DNA of 64,000 nt from Phoronis australis (lineage: Eukaryota; Animalia; Phoronida), in contig NMRA01000121.1 in the NCBI GenBank assembly GCA_002633005.1, forward strand, positions 501,018-565,017, given 5' to 3'. This document shows positions 50,961 through 64,000 of this stretch, piece after piece (the first letter of the stretch is position 1; every line of letters starts with the position of its first letter). The notes beneath the pieces are model-generated. The model saw nothing but the letters and a program-made list of their open reading frames with translations, was not told the DNA's origin and did no database searches. The position numbers were made by a program, and so were the translations under genes.

Positions 50961-51667
50961 TTAAGATTTCAACATTGGCAATTAAACTGGGTCGATTCGT
51001 CATTATATTAATTTATGAGAGCATCCACAATGAGACTTCTTCATTTTTAGAGGTTACCCATCCAAAGACATAAAGATGTTTTCTGCCCTGGATATCATAG
51101 GTCGTCAAACTTATTGGTATTTGCCGGAGAGGGTGAGGGAGTGAGCCAAGATGTATGGTGATTTGTTTATTCAAATAAAACAAATATCTCTTTCAGAGTA
51201 GCAAATTAATCTCAAATGAACTATGCCACTAGAACTGAGTTCAAGACTTATATGGTATTTGCTGTGACCATGTGTCAGTTAGAATAGTACGTCTGCAATG
51301 TATGACATTTCTTAATTCTTAGTGCGTCAATTTAAAATACACAGTGTATCACTCTTACACATTACATATACAGTGCATTACAGTACATTGCTGTTCCAAT
51401 GGTTTCGTGCTATTTGATTTTGCAACGATGCATTCCTGTCTAGCTGGCTAAAAATAAATTGAAATAGGCCTTTCATTCTGTTAAAATCAGTTTCATAATG
51501 GTGTTGGTTTTTTGTTTTTTTTTTTCAGTTACCAACAGGAACATCGAAACTATCATGTAAACTCTGACAGAGGTTCACATGTTAATATTCATCCGCAGAG
51601 CTCTTATCATTATTATCAGCAATACGTTTTCAATGACTTTGTTATAATAGATCAAGCAAAAACAATT

Positions 51668-51910
51668 AACAAAGGAGTTTAAAAGTCGTAAGGCTCTACA
51701 CATCATTTGGTGCAAGCCCAATCTCAATAGGCATCTGGCACACCACAGGTTGTCATTGTTGGTCTAGTTTATTGTTGCTCCCTGTAACTGACTGTATCTG
51801 TGCTTCATTACTTGTTGTTGGACCTAGCAAGGTGGCCACTGTGCTTTTTTTGTTCTTCTTCTGATGACGACACCAAAACATGTCAAGCCGGGTTAAATCC
51901 GTTGTTCTTA
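51668..51910 (+). mobile_element. Solo Penelope 3' fragment, same family as 36983-37450
   Basis: Near-identical to 37223-37450; CTGATGA at 51861 with stem II partly deleted. Confidence 0.85.
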
Positions 51911-53439
51911 TTAATAAATGTTTACGAAAATTTGAAAAGAGGTTCTCCCTGTCCCATGATTATGGCGGGGGATGACGGCCGCTTGGGTATGTTGATTGCA
52001 ACCATCTACTCCAATTAACCTTCTCAAAAAATTTTGACGTAAAATGCTTTAAATGGCACCCACTAAATAAAAATGTCATGTAATTTATCCCCCTGGCGCA
52101 AGCAGTGTCGATTTGGGCAACTGAACGGCGGACTCTTCGAAAAACAGGATTGCAGAAGTATTTGTTTAAACTGGGAACAAATAAAAACATAACGGCCTCC
52201 TGCGGTATCCTTATACTCGTAAAAGGTACTTCTAAACTAATAGCAACATGACTTTGACGTTTAATCAGTGTGATGCATAATTTTCCGAAAAGCATCCGGC
52301 ATATGGAGGACCTATGGTATGGTCACCATATCTACTAGGCAAGTTAAGACAGCGGTATTGTCTACGGCCCGGGCAGCCTAGGGACTGAACAAGTTTCAAC
52401 TTTTAAAAAAATAACTGGTGATAATACTGAACACACATGGAAAACACTAAGATGTACGTTTCAACAATAAATCTGTTTTTCAAAGCTAGAAAGTTCTTGC
52501 AATTGGTAATAAGGGCAATTTGTGGGCTGTGGGGGTAAAATTGGTGGCGATCGTGGTGAGAGTTGGTAGCGACCGGAGGGACAGGGTCAAAATTGGTGGT
52601 GAAATTACCCAAAGTCTTCACTCGGTCAAGCCTATGTCATATGCCCCAAAATATATGCGTATACGCATTATGGTGACCAAAACATTGTATTGATGTTTTT
52701 ATTTTGCTGTTGTTGGAGTTTCTGTAGGCCCACGCGTACTTTTACGTGTATCCAAACTTGTTGGCACACACTTAACGTCTTTGTTGCTATTAGCAATCGT
52801 GTTGGTAGGGGTTCCAGCACTGCTGTGCCCGAGAGGCTATGGTATTGTTGTGGCCGTCCTGGCAACGCGACTGGTGGAAACTTTCCTTGTAGTGATACAT
52901 TTCGTCTGATGAAACCTACTAAGGATTTAAACTAGACGCTTACAACTATTCAAGGTTTGACAAGTTTTTTGTAGAGTAGCCAATATTCTGGCCACTCGAA
53001 CTTCTCAGATTTTCCCATTGACATGATATTTCGAGAACCAAAGTCTTTCGCGAACTTCAGAATTGTTTACAAATTCATGCCTTTTATGCGAGCATTTTAT
53101 ATCGTGAGTACAAATACAGTTTCTACATGTAAATCGTGAATAGAATATGTTTGTAAGAAAAAATTAGCAGTGGCTGTAAAGATAATACGTAACTACGTTT
53201 ACGGAGAAAGAACGCGTTAACAGAAAACGTGCTTGGATAAGGTGATTTGGAAGACGTGATTACATAATCCGCCACGACTCTAGTTCTGAAGTCCAGGGCA
53301 AGCATTGGAATGAGTATGATATTACTAGAAATGTGAACTATGACCTGTCATCCGTTTTCAGATAATCAAACTGGACGGGTGCTGAAGCTTCCGTATATCT
53401 CAACTAGAACGAGACAAGAGTAAACGAGTTTAACAGAAA

Positions 53440-53829
53440 ATGCTTGAAGTAGACGAAATTCTTAGTCAGTTAGGAAAACCAGGAAGATACCATGTTGGAA
53501 TCACCTTTCTCATCCTCCTAAATATGTGGCCGGTTGGCTTTAACCACTCAATTATGGCGTTCTTTGGAGCGCATACGATACATGAATGTCGTCTGCCGCA
53601 CGAAGACAACAACGTAACGCAGTGGAACAGGGAACTGTTTGCATATGTTTTCTTAAACCAAACACTTCGCGTCGATGTCGGCTCGCCAGTTCAGAACCAC
53701 CAAGCTAATGTCTCGCGAGTTGATTCCTGTCATGTGATTGAAAATTCCAGCGATGATTCAGCAAAGATCAGCTGTCCGTTTGGATGGAAGTATGACGTAG
53801 AACCTGGCGAGAATACAATTGTTACCGAG
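53440..53829 (+). CDS. SLC22 coding exon 1 (TM1 + large extracellular loop)
   Basis: DEILSQLGKPGRYH...HECRLP...C..GWKYD...TIVTE|GT. Confidence 0.93.
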
Positions 53830-55667
53830 GTAATGTAATAGTTCAAGTCAACACAATTTCAAATTCATTGTATCTTAGTTCCACGCGTGATCAGAATTTG
53901 TGTTACAGCTGCAATGGGTGGTGCTAATAAATCAGGTCGCTGTTTTTGACATCTAACTTGATTGTGAGCAAAAAGCAGACCATTGTGTGATTAAGGGTCA
54001 TTTACCCGAATGCAATCATTTTTGGGAGGAGCTCTTGCTTCACTTTTCAAGTTCAACAATGGAAAGTAAGTTGTCTTGCCAACCTGCTGTGGTGTTTCTT
54101 TAAATGTAGATTTGAGTTTTCCAGTTCTGAGCGATTTTCATAATTGAACTCCGTTTAACGTAGTCCTTATAGCCGTGTCATCGACTTGTATTCGTCAGGT
54201 GGCACACATGTATTCGTCAGGTTGAACTCAACAGCTTTTGTTGACTTTGGGCTCGAAAAACCAGGTTACGTCAGTTCCAACAATCTGTTCCAAAGGATGT
54301 TCAAAACCTGAAAATATGAACAGTATACAGGGCCATGGACTTTGCACAAATTCTATTAACAATGATTCCAAAGTCAATTTTTCCATCCTTTACGACTACC
54401 GGAAGTGCATGCAGCCGGCTACTTGAAAAACAAAAAAATACGCCGAATCGGCAATTTTCACCCCAAACCCACCGCCGTGTTCATGCAGACAGACAGTGCA
54501 TTCAGACTGCCAAAACTCCACATTAGACTCCGGTGAAGGGGGGTGTCGACCAGCCAGGTGTTTAACAAACCCAAAATGTCTGAAGGGTATCCAGTGGGTG
54601 ATTGTAGGTATTGAGTGATTGCACGTAGGCTCGATCAAAACAACGTGAAGTACCAAGTGGATACAGAAATTGTCCAAATAGGCACAGAAAACTATCAACT
54701 AGGCTATAGGAATAGAATGAAGGTTCCGGACAGGCTTAGTGAGGAGAACTTTCCAGACATATTGAAAAACGCATTTGCAGACAAACTTGGTGCGCAGTAC
54801 TGTCGATATGTGGATACAAATTACATGTATTAGTGTAGCCAACGTGGTGTTGTGGCTCGCTTTGTGCCACATGGACAGGGTGTTGTTTTATTTGTGTACA
54901 GGGTGTTGTTTTATTTGTCGTTACTAAATGAATGAATAACTAAATACATCGCAACGCTAATAAATGTAAAAAACTTTGTAAAGTACCTGAACTCACACAT
55001 ATTGCTATTGGCATTTCAGTGGGACTTGGTATGTGATCGAGCTTATCTCAATTCCCTGTCAGCTACTATATACTTTCTCGGCGTGCTGATTGGAGGACTC
55101 GCATGCGGCCACCTTGCTGATAAGTATGGCCGGCGCAGCATTATTCTTGCGACCCTTGTGATTGCTACTGTCCTTGGTACTGGCTTGGCGTTTGTCGACA
55201 ACTATGTGCTGTTCGTGGTGATACGATTCGTGATAGGATTTTGTATGCAGGTATTGGGATTTCGGTCGCGCTCGTTTTTCCCGATGCACGTGCCTACGAG
55301 CGACTGCGATAGCTATGTTTGTATCTATGCTATTTTCAATGGGGAACTGTACCCGTTCAGTAGGTTAACGATAGAAAAATTGTTGATAATCTAAAAATCT
55401 TGTGAATATGCTAAGGGAAAGTAAAGCTTTCAGTAAAATCCAAAATGGCGCATTCCTTTTTACGTCAGCCCCTGCATCAGTTCTCACGTTTACGCAACAT
55501 GTGGAAACATTTGAATTATAAAAAATGCAGTTTTCAACTGTTTTGGAAGTTTTAACACCGCGTATTCCAGAGTTTATCCGTCCATAATGACCGCTGCGTT
55601 CAGTTTGATTTTTATTATCGTTATGATTATGATTATCATTATCATTATCGTAATCATTATCATTATC

Positions 55668-55723
<56 letters not shown>

Positions 55724-58700
55724 CATCATTATTATCAATATTATCATTATTATTATTTTTACTATTATTACAATCATCTGTGCTTACTCACGTACTGTAT
55801 GTGACAGTGTCTCAATTAAGACACGTGTATTTTGATTGCAGTTTAAGCGGGTCTCGCCCAAAACGCTACTGTTTTTTGTGATGTCGATATTTTGTTTCAA
55901 GGTAGGCAACATTACTAGCCTTCGCCGCTTATGACATCGTAGTCCAGTAGTTCAGAAAATCAGAGTAATGACCGAGAGAGAAACTTAGTAATTGTATAAT
56001 TAAATTATTCGTCATCGTTGTTTTACAGCATCATCCACAGACAGGTCAAAAAGCTCATTAAGGACATTTCAAACTTTATTCACAAAAACTGGCCATTTTT
56101 ACAATATTTCACAGGTGTCTAGCAAAATACCTAATTTTCATTCTCGGAGAACTTCAACTACGAAATATATACCGAGTAGCGAGAAAAAAGTTTTAACAAA
56201 ACCACCTTGGAACCGCACAACCGCGTGGAAATGTATTTACTACTTATCCGAGGTCAAAGGTTACGACGTGTACATATGGGTACACTAAGGATTAATAAGG
56301 TAAAATGTTTTGCTTCTCTGAACGCTGGTGAGTTGTGATACTATAACTGTACAAACGATCCATACCAGTGAGCTTGGCAATTCCTATAAACACCATTACT
56401 TGTTTTAGGGCCTCCAGTCCTCTAGCTTCATCCTGATGACTGAGCTCTTTACCCCAAGAGGGCGCTCCTTTGCCGGAGTGTTATCACGTTTTGCAGTCGA
56501 CGCGTTTTACATGCTTCTTGCATTGATAACGTACCTCGTAAAAGACTGGAGACACGTGCAGCTTGTTTGCACGGCTCCGTTCTTTTTACTCGTTTGTGAA
56601 ATATGGTGAGTATCCTGAACCCATTGATAACAAAGCATTGTGTTATCCGTTAGTGTTTTTGTGTGTATTTAATGTCAATGCAGCGGCTGTTATACAGTGA
56701 ATGCCTAAAAATTAACCTGAATATCAAGCTATTTCCGGAAGACGAGAGAGAAATGCAAACTCACAAGGCTCGGCATTCCTCAAGATGGAAATGCTTGGCT
56801 TAGTGATTTCGCACGGGAGTCGATCGATTTTGCTCTCAAATGCTTATCATAGGGAGCTTCCTTCACCAATATGCTTCGGGTCTTTGCTTTTTTCGCACAA
56901 CTTGAGAGATTATCCCTTGACTTTTTATGCCAGTTTCGATCAGCATTACACGCCTTTTGCGTCAGCCATTTTCACGGCGCCCAGCAACGAAACAGCTGAT
57001 GAGGTCGTCGCCTCGATTTCAGTTAACAATGACTTGAAACTTTTGTCATGAAGAATGACAGAATCACAACAGATTTTGCTGTTTTCATTTATAACCGTGT
57101 AAAAAATATCTTCGAAAGCGTGCTTTTCGGTCGTAAAACAGATTATGTCCCTTTTTAAAAGAATTAATATTCCGTATTAAATTAGTTGATTTATTTAAAA
57201 CTTACGTTTACTTCCTAACCTAGTAGTTTTATCGGAAAATATTGAATTAAGTGGATATTAGTATCCTGTTTGAATTTGGCATTGCCAAACATATTTGCGT
57301 ACAAACGACGCTTTTAAGTCAAAAGTTTGTCACGGTTGCAGTTGAATTGAATCAGCGAGTTTTCATTGTTCGGTACATTCCTTTTTCTTTCTGAATGTGG
57401 TAAAATTCAAAGAACAATCAAAGTATAACAGCCTCTACTTCAGTGAAGACTTTTCTTCCCCAGTTTTAGCTGCCAAATATGAAAAATGGATTAATGCGGT
57501 AAACCTCATAAAATCGGAATCTAGCCATGATACCACTTGATTTCTGTTAACAACAAGAACATCGAAGCCATCAGTTACTCATGAAAACGCTAGAGAATTG
57601 AATGGCCAACCCTAAAATTGCGGCAAATTAGAAAACGACGCATGTACTCATTGCCTGTGACTTGAATTATCGGCTCATTTTGGTGACAATTCAAGGTGGG
57701 ATGAGCGTGATAATGTTTAAACGCCAAAACACTTCGTTTAAGAATTCAACATTGGCAACCAAGCAGCGACGAAATGCCGCTCCAACTTTTTATGAGGCTT
57801 AAAGAAGAATTCCACCCGATTTAATTAGTCTTTTTACCGTTTTAGTCTGTCTATATCCACATCACCTCGTATAAAGTCGATCATACCTCGCCGACAGGTG
57901 TCGCGTTAACCTGTGAAGAAGGTGAGAAACGACGCAGCGACGTCAGTGGTTCTTCTGCAGAGTGAGTGCCGCTGTGGTGTGGTGTATCGTTCCCGCTTGT
58001 GCGAATTATGAAGCTGCGAGGAAAGCGAGTATGTCATTTTTTCGACTTCCTCGAGAGCCCATGATGCTTCGGAAGTGGCTCGCGGTAGTGAAGACTGAAA
58101 AGTACGCCGTAAATTATATCAAGTATGAGGCCGTGAAACTTCGCCTTGTCTGTCAGTTACCTGCATTTCGTCGGATCGGTTGTTGATCAGTTTTTGATTA
58201 TAGAGAATTGTAGTTGGCCATGAAAACATAAACAATTACAATTAATTCAAGGTGTGAGAACATAACGTTTTACATAACCTGCTTGATGACTGACTCGATC
58301 GTGAGGCTTCTGTTTGGTCCTCAGGGTGTAGGATGTTATCGTCAGTTCTTTTTCTCAGCCCTCAAAAAACGTCGTGAGCACACCTCTGTTTAGGTGCGGC
58401 GCAAAATCAGGATGGTCCATGAGACATATCTGTGCTTCTCCAAGAAAGTGTTGCACCTGCGGAGTTTCGTGGCTGCAAACGCAAGCGTCGTTTCCATAAT
58501 CGTGCAGTTAGCTCACTAACACCATGACAACTCATTCAAACGGTTTACGGAACCATATATCCATATGTTCCGTTGTCTGTGTACGTTCAAGGAGCCTCTC
58601 TATTATTTCTTGATCAGTGTATTCCGGTTCGAACTGTGAAACCTGACGATCCACTTGTGAAATTTCCGTCGGATGAATACTCGTCGGGATTGCGAGTTGC

Positions 58701-61700
58701 CACGTTGACGTTTAGTATCGTGCGTTCTGTTTTAAAATGAATTATTCTCACCCTAACAAATGCTTATATAAAACTGAAACAAAGTCTGTCTCATTAGATA
58801 CGATTTGTAATGCCTTGGAATGTTCGTGAGTGCAAGTGTTTTGAGAAGCCAGCAATGAATAAATCACTGCGTTACCGGCTTTCCATGCAATTGGTAAACT
58901 AATTTGACAAGGGCCCCGAGGTCATGTGAGCGCATACTGATTCAGTGTTTGGTGACAAAAATCTGTTGTGAAACAATAACTCGATTTTATATCAATTCTT
59001 AGGTATGAGTTGCAGGCAGGAAAATTGATTGTGTTTTGTATGACAACTACACTGTCTTTTAAAAACTTCATTTCCACGTCTTTTGTTATGTTGAATTTAG
59101 TAACTGAAGGGACTGCCAAATAGCAGCATTCATGTCTCTGTCTGATATTGTTGGCTGACTTTTTCTGACACGCTATCTTAATTTCTGAACACATATCATT
59201 TTGTATACAAACTTATTTGTACACAACAGTGTTCACATTTTCACTTTTTTTCTAAATTGAGTTTGCTCCCGACTGTTGTCACAAATTCATTTGTTACAGG
59301 ATACTACCGGAATCTCCACGGTGGCTCGCCAGCCATGGTCGTCAAAAAGACGCCAACAAGATTTTTCGTAAAGCCGCTAAATTTAACAACATCAGGCTGT
59401 CAGAAAATATTTTCGGGGAGGAAACCGAAATGTTTAAAGAACAAACCTCAGAAGGAAAGGAGGACTCGCGATTCAAAAAGCAGCACAACAGTTTAGACTT
59501 GTTGAGAACACCTAATCTACGAAAGAGGTCTATAATCCTATTTTATCTTTCGTAAGTACATATTTTGTGACTTTTGACAGGTCTTGAAAGCTACATGTAG
59601 TTAATTACGAGTGTTGTGAATTTGCAGTCGCGTAGATTTGATGATACACGACACCAGGAGACGACATATCAAGCGGCACAATCAGGAAACTTTGTAAAGG
59701 GTTACATGTTATGATATGCAGAAATTTCTCAAAAGAAGTTCTTTTTCAGAATTCATCTGCACACACAAGATTTGGCCATGATCCCGGCACGTTTTAACTC
59801 TAAAAAGCCTGTTATATGTTTAAGGTGTTAGTGTGCAGAACGAATAATATTAAGACTTTGAAATACAATCACACATCAGTACTTTGTCAAATTTATGTAA
59901 ACAGCAAAGTTCGGAAACCTCCACGTTTGGTTGTGTGTTAGATGATACCACGTGGTAAAGTATCCAAGAACAGTGAAAGTTTACAGAAACGGGTTTTTAG
60001 GTTTTCGAGTAGGCCCACCACATTTCTCGTGACAACGATTTTTAAATCAACCTTTCTAAAACACGTGGAGTTGAAGTTCTACATCTGATGGCATTTAACA
60101 TTATTTTAATCTTGTGTTCACATTTGGACATGCCTGAATAAAGCGTTAAAAATCACCAGTTCTGATTTTGATACAAGTATTCAGAATGGCCCACAGCACC
60201 ACTAGCACTCTCAATTTCATTTATTTACCCACAATGCAACGCATTTATCAAGCAGCTTCATATGCCCATGTTTTTCTCACTACCTTATATCCTAATTATT
60301 GCCCAATTCATCATTGTATACAGGCAAATAAGTCCTGAAAGGCCTTTTTTCTACCTCCTCGAAAGAGGAGAGTTCAATCCAAAATGGCCCTATGGAACTA
60401 TAGACTACTGACATCCAAACCGGGAAGGCCCTGCCGCTTGTTTTTGGCTATTCCAAGTGACGAAGTAGCGTAAAGTACCAGTAACGCTCGCCCTTACTTT
60501 CCAAAGTCTACGTACATATATATGTGTGTGTGTGTGGGTGGTTCAGGAGAGATTGTTCGATTTCTTTGCGTTTTAATTGCCTCTGGTTTCACTCCATCAA
60601 AATCTGCGCGCCAGGCGTTCAATGAAATAATTTCTATTTTCTCAATTTTACCTCACAGTTTGAAAATAAGATGCGTTTTTGCCACGTTAGTCCATATCAA
60701 CGTCAAGATACGGATTACAAAATATTAACTTGACAGGCTAACCCGTGGAGATCATTCAATTGTACTAAGAACTATATTCAAGTAAAGTAGGTTGCGCTGT
60801 GGCCAAGTTGTCTCCATCTCAGTCTTGCACTCTTTACCCTACTATGACACTTGAAAATCTGAATTAGTGATAACTTCTAATCAGAAAGTACACAAGTATC
60901 TATTTTTGCTTTAAAATGTCTTTTATTCAGAATTAGCAATTCCAAAAGGAAAAAATAATACATGGCGTTCTTAAGGGTATGCTAACATGTCGCAAGTATG
61001 AAAATGGTAGTTTGAACACTTTAAAAACTGTTTTAAGTGCAAAGACTCGATCGCCACAAGTGTCACTTATTTCCGGCTCTAGCTATAAGATAACTGGTGC
61101 GTGTTAAACAATCAACATGAATATTACGTGTTTTACGAGATTCCTCTAGTCTTCTTGATAGAACGTCATGTGTTTAAAGCGGAGTTCGCGGTCCTCCTGG
61201 CTGTCACTGAACACGCCCCGAGTATACGTATGACTTTGACTTGAGTTTAACTTTTTCAGGTTTGCAACGGTTGTCGTTGATGTTGGGAATACGTATGCCG
61301 TATCGACGTTACCGGGAAACAAATATTTACTGTTTTTTCTTGCAAGCTTGGCGTCAGCTTTAGTTTCGTTAACGTTGATTCCACTGCAGAAGCGGTATGT
61401 GCTTTACATTGATATGCTGTTTAGCTGAATTTTATAAACCTCTTTTAGACTGATGCACCGTAACTCTTCACTTATTTAGCACATTTTGACCGACAACTGA
61501 AATTCCATTTTGTTAAATTTCTCAATAAAAAGATTAACCATGGCTTATAGTGTGTAGACGTCATCAAACAACATTTGATGAAACTTCCATTGTTTGCAAA
61601 ACTGTAATCAGCCTTTGAAAAAAGAAAAATGGACATTTGGGCAATTGTGCGAAACAAATAGACAATGACCATTGTCTCACGCTACTGGGAAACCAAGTTA

Positions 61701-63800
61701 GGTTGAATAGCGATACCAGTTTTAAGTCTAAGCAAAGTGGTGTAAAATGAGTCGAAAAACAAAAAATGAGCAAAACTTTTACGGAACAGGAAAATATCAC
61801 TTCACAAAAATACTGTGACAGTGTTATTGTGAAGGAATAGGTTGCTGTTCCGTTTAGAAAATTCGTCAAAATAAAAATTCAATATTTTCGAAAATGAAAA
61901 TAATTACTCAACATGTAATGTTAACTTAACACGCATGTACGTCATTACGATATTGACGTACGGTGTACAATAACGTAAATATCCACGTTTAAAGGTTCTT
62001 TCAACGGACTCGTCTTCACGTAAGTAAATGAATGGCACGTAAGTATTTTATACGCCTTTTGAACGCAAATACACACGTGCAAAAATTTACTTGAGTGACG
62101 AACAAATTTGCACTACTTTCAGAGGTTTAGCAAAATGTAAACAATGCACTTGTGAAGGTATAATAAATTCACTTAGAGGTGCAATTGACAATGTCTAACA
62201 TCATTGGCACGGAAGAGTTTAAAGTTACGCAAAATTCAACTTCAAATTTCGGTCAAATGCGATGTATTTTGTTGAATGACATCAAGATGACTTTGGTCTT
62301 GAGACCGGCTGGGGTCTAATCTTTGTACTTGAAATCGAATTCGAGGTAACTTTTGGCAGTTTCCGTTACTTTTTGAGGGAGATCAAGAAAAGTGTCTCTT
62401 AGTCTGCACTCAAGTACATTATGCTTTATGCAGAACTTTTTGGCTCCTAGATTCGAGCTTCAAACTCGAGTAGAAAGTCGATTTCAGATTCAAAATTTTA
62501 GCCTTTATGACCGGGTAGTCAAGTACAAACAAGCTTTCGACAGTCATCCACAAGTCATTATTTACGCGAGCATAGAATAATAGACACTTGTGGAAAATGT
62601 CAAAGTTAATTGCGCTTTCAGGTGAAAAAGACCCCCCGGGCACTGGTCAGTACGCTTCAAGGAGCATGATCAACATCACACTTCGAAATAGCCTCGCAAA
62701 CGTAGACGGTCGTGGAGTGATGACGGAACAAGGAGTTGCTTTGACTTTGGAAAGAAAATATATCGAAGAACTTTTGGAGAACCCAAAGGGAAACACGATC
62801 ACCGTTTACAGCGAACTGAGCAAGTTTATTCTCCTGTGCCAAGACTTTGTATTCGAAATTGAACATAATTTTGACATTTTCCGTTCTACTCTAACCTGAA
62901 CTCAACATAAGTGCCTATTATTCTGTGATTGAGCACGACACGGTTTACCTGAATGCCTCATTAACACTAGTTTGAAATTGATGACCCCCAGCATTAAAGC
63001 TATGATTTTTTACTCGAGTTGAGTTTTTACTCGAGTTTATGGGTTTAATCTAAGTTTGATCAAGTTATAACTTGCAACAGAACTCATCTGCGAGTGCCAA
63101 ATCGTATTCGAGCACAGAATAAGGGATAGTTGCCTTGAGTTTGCACTAAAGCAAGTTGAAAAAATGAAAAAGTACAAAGTAATTTTCAGTTCGATTTTAG
63201 CTTTGGAGATTATACCCCGGGCACTGAAGTTCTTTTTGAAACAGAAAAAAAATGTCTCTTTCGTCCGATAGTCGTTTTAAAATGTCTCTTTTACAATATG
63301 TGCCCACCAGTCTTGCCACAAAGTTCGCTTTTATGACGATCCAAACGTCAATCCAATCGATAACTAATGTAGAAAACTTCCTCGCCAAAAGCAATTTGCG
63401 CATGATTGCTGTCCTTTCGAAAATGAGCGTAGAGCGCACAGGTCTTGATTTTTATCAAATCTTGTGGAAGCTTAGTAAACAGGCTGTTAAACTCTTGTGC
63501 AAATTGTACTCATTGGTAAATTTACTCACGTACACTGTATGCACATTTTATGTAAACGGCCCTTCTCCACTGAGCATAACAGAGATGACCACGATATACT
63601 GATGTAAAATTGTGGCACCTAATCTCTGGCTCTAAAAATGATGTGAGAAAGATTGTCAAATAATTGTTAGTAAGTTATTTCCTAATGTTTCAAAGGCGAT
63701 TAAAATTTTTACAGATTTGAACGACGCACGCTTCTTTGTGTATTTCTGGCTGTGACTATGGTTTCCGCTTTGACAGCAGGATTTGTCCCCCAAAAAACTG
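53440..63800 (+). CDS. SLC22-family organic cation/anion transporter (MFS), partial; continues beyond window
   Basis: Phase-consistent exons 53440-53829, 55020-55250, 56409-56605, 59300-59551, 61260-61394, 63715-63800; motifs TIVTEWDLVC, G.LADKYGRR, PESPRWL, DLLRTPNLRKR. Confidence 0.93.
55020..55250 (+). CDS. SLC22 exon 2
   Basis: WDLVCDR...GHLADKYGRR...RFVIG. Confidence 0.95.
55610..55770. repeat. (ATT/ATC)n microsatellite
   Basis: Visible trinucleotide run. Confidence 0.95.
56409..56605 (+). CDS. SLC22 exon 3
   Basis: FILMTELFTPRGRSFAG...YLVKDWRHVQL. Confidence 0.93.
57803..58990 (+). mobile_element. Kolobok-like family A, copy 4 (inverted, one end only, ~390 bp extra sequence at 58140-58525)
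   Basis: TTAA-AGAAGAATTCCACCCG end; THAP remnant WCIVPACAN...FFRLPREP..LRKW at 57962-58140. Confidence 0.85.
59300..59551 (+). CDS. SLC22 exon 4
   Basis: ILPESPRWL...KAAKFN...DLLRTPNLRKRS. Confidence 0.95.
61260..61394 (+). CDS. SLC22 exon 5
   Basis: FATVVVDVGNTYAVSTLPGNKYLLFFL; phase 2-2. Confidence 0.82.
63715..63800 (+). CDS. SLC22 exon 6 (probable GC donor)
   Basis: RFERRTLLCVFL...GFVPQKT then CTG|GCAAGT. Confidence 0.75.
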
Positions 63801-64000
63801 GCAAGTAGTTTACTTCCTAACAAGTGTCGTTTTTTGGATTCAAGGGAGAATTTGGCATGCCATTACTTACTGTACGACTGAAATTCGGATCTATCCGGAA
63901 TATTCGAGATAGAGTCGTGTAATCCTTTGTACTGGTAGTGAGTTTGCAGCTTCCTGTCAGTAATTACTTTCGCATTCTGATAGAGGATGCTCATGCACGT

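Noticed and set aside
55574-55835. Poly-Ile ORFs on both strands
   Set aside because: Translation of the ATT microsatellite
62588-62899. 103-aa ORF in an SLC22 intron
   Set aside because: No recognisable motif and not needed for the exon chain
1-64000. CRISPR arrays, rRNA, tRNA or prokaryotic operons
   Set aside because: No regularly spaced repeats or RNA-gene signatures seen; the sequence is intron-rich eukaryotic DNA

Overview
Eukaryotic (metazoan, probably marine invertebrate) genomic DNA with two assembly gaps (2206-2708, 46820-46851). Exon chains below were built by eye from splice sites and reading-frame phase. Three spliced host genes are supported. (1) A small secreted signal-Sushi-Sushi-C-type-lectin gene on the minus strand (about 3103-12412). 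(2) A multi-exon astacin metalloprotease on the minus strand (astacin-EGF-CUB-MAM-MAM, stop at 15253, propeptide exons to at least 35621) with tandemly duplicated micro-exons. (3) An SLC22-family transporter on the plus strand (53440 to beyond the window end). Introns and intergenic DNA are rich in mobile elements: TTAA-flanked THAP-bearing Kolobok-like non-autonomous transposons (two families), several Penelope-like element (PLE) families with minimal hammerhead ribozyme motifs (two as fold-back palindromes), a Bel/Pao gag, HERO-like and Harbinger-like relics, and tiny MITEs with 5-bp target duplications. The most striking feature is an uninterrupted chimeric ORF (45019-46656). In it a Kolobok-like DNA transposon supplies the ATG and first ~70 codons to a 5'-truncated PLE RT+GIY-YIG, followed by a variant (U3-A8) hammerhead.
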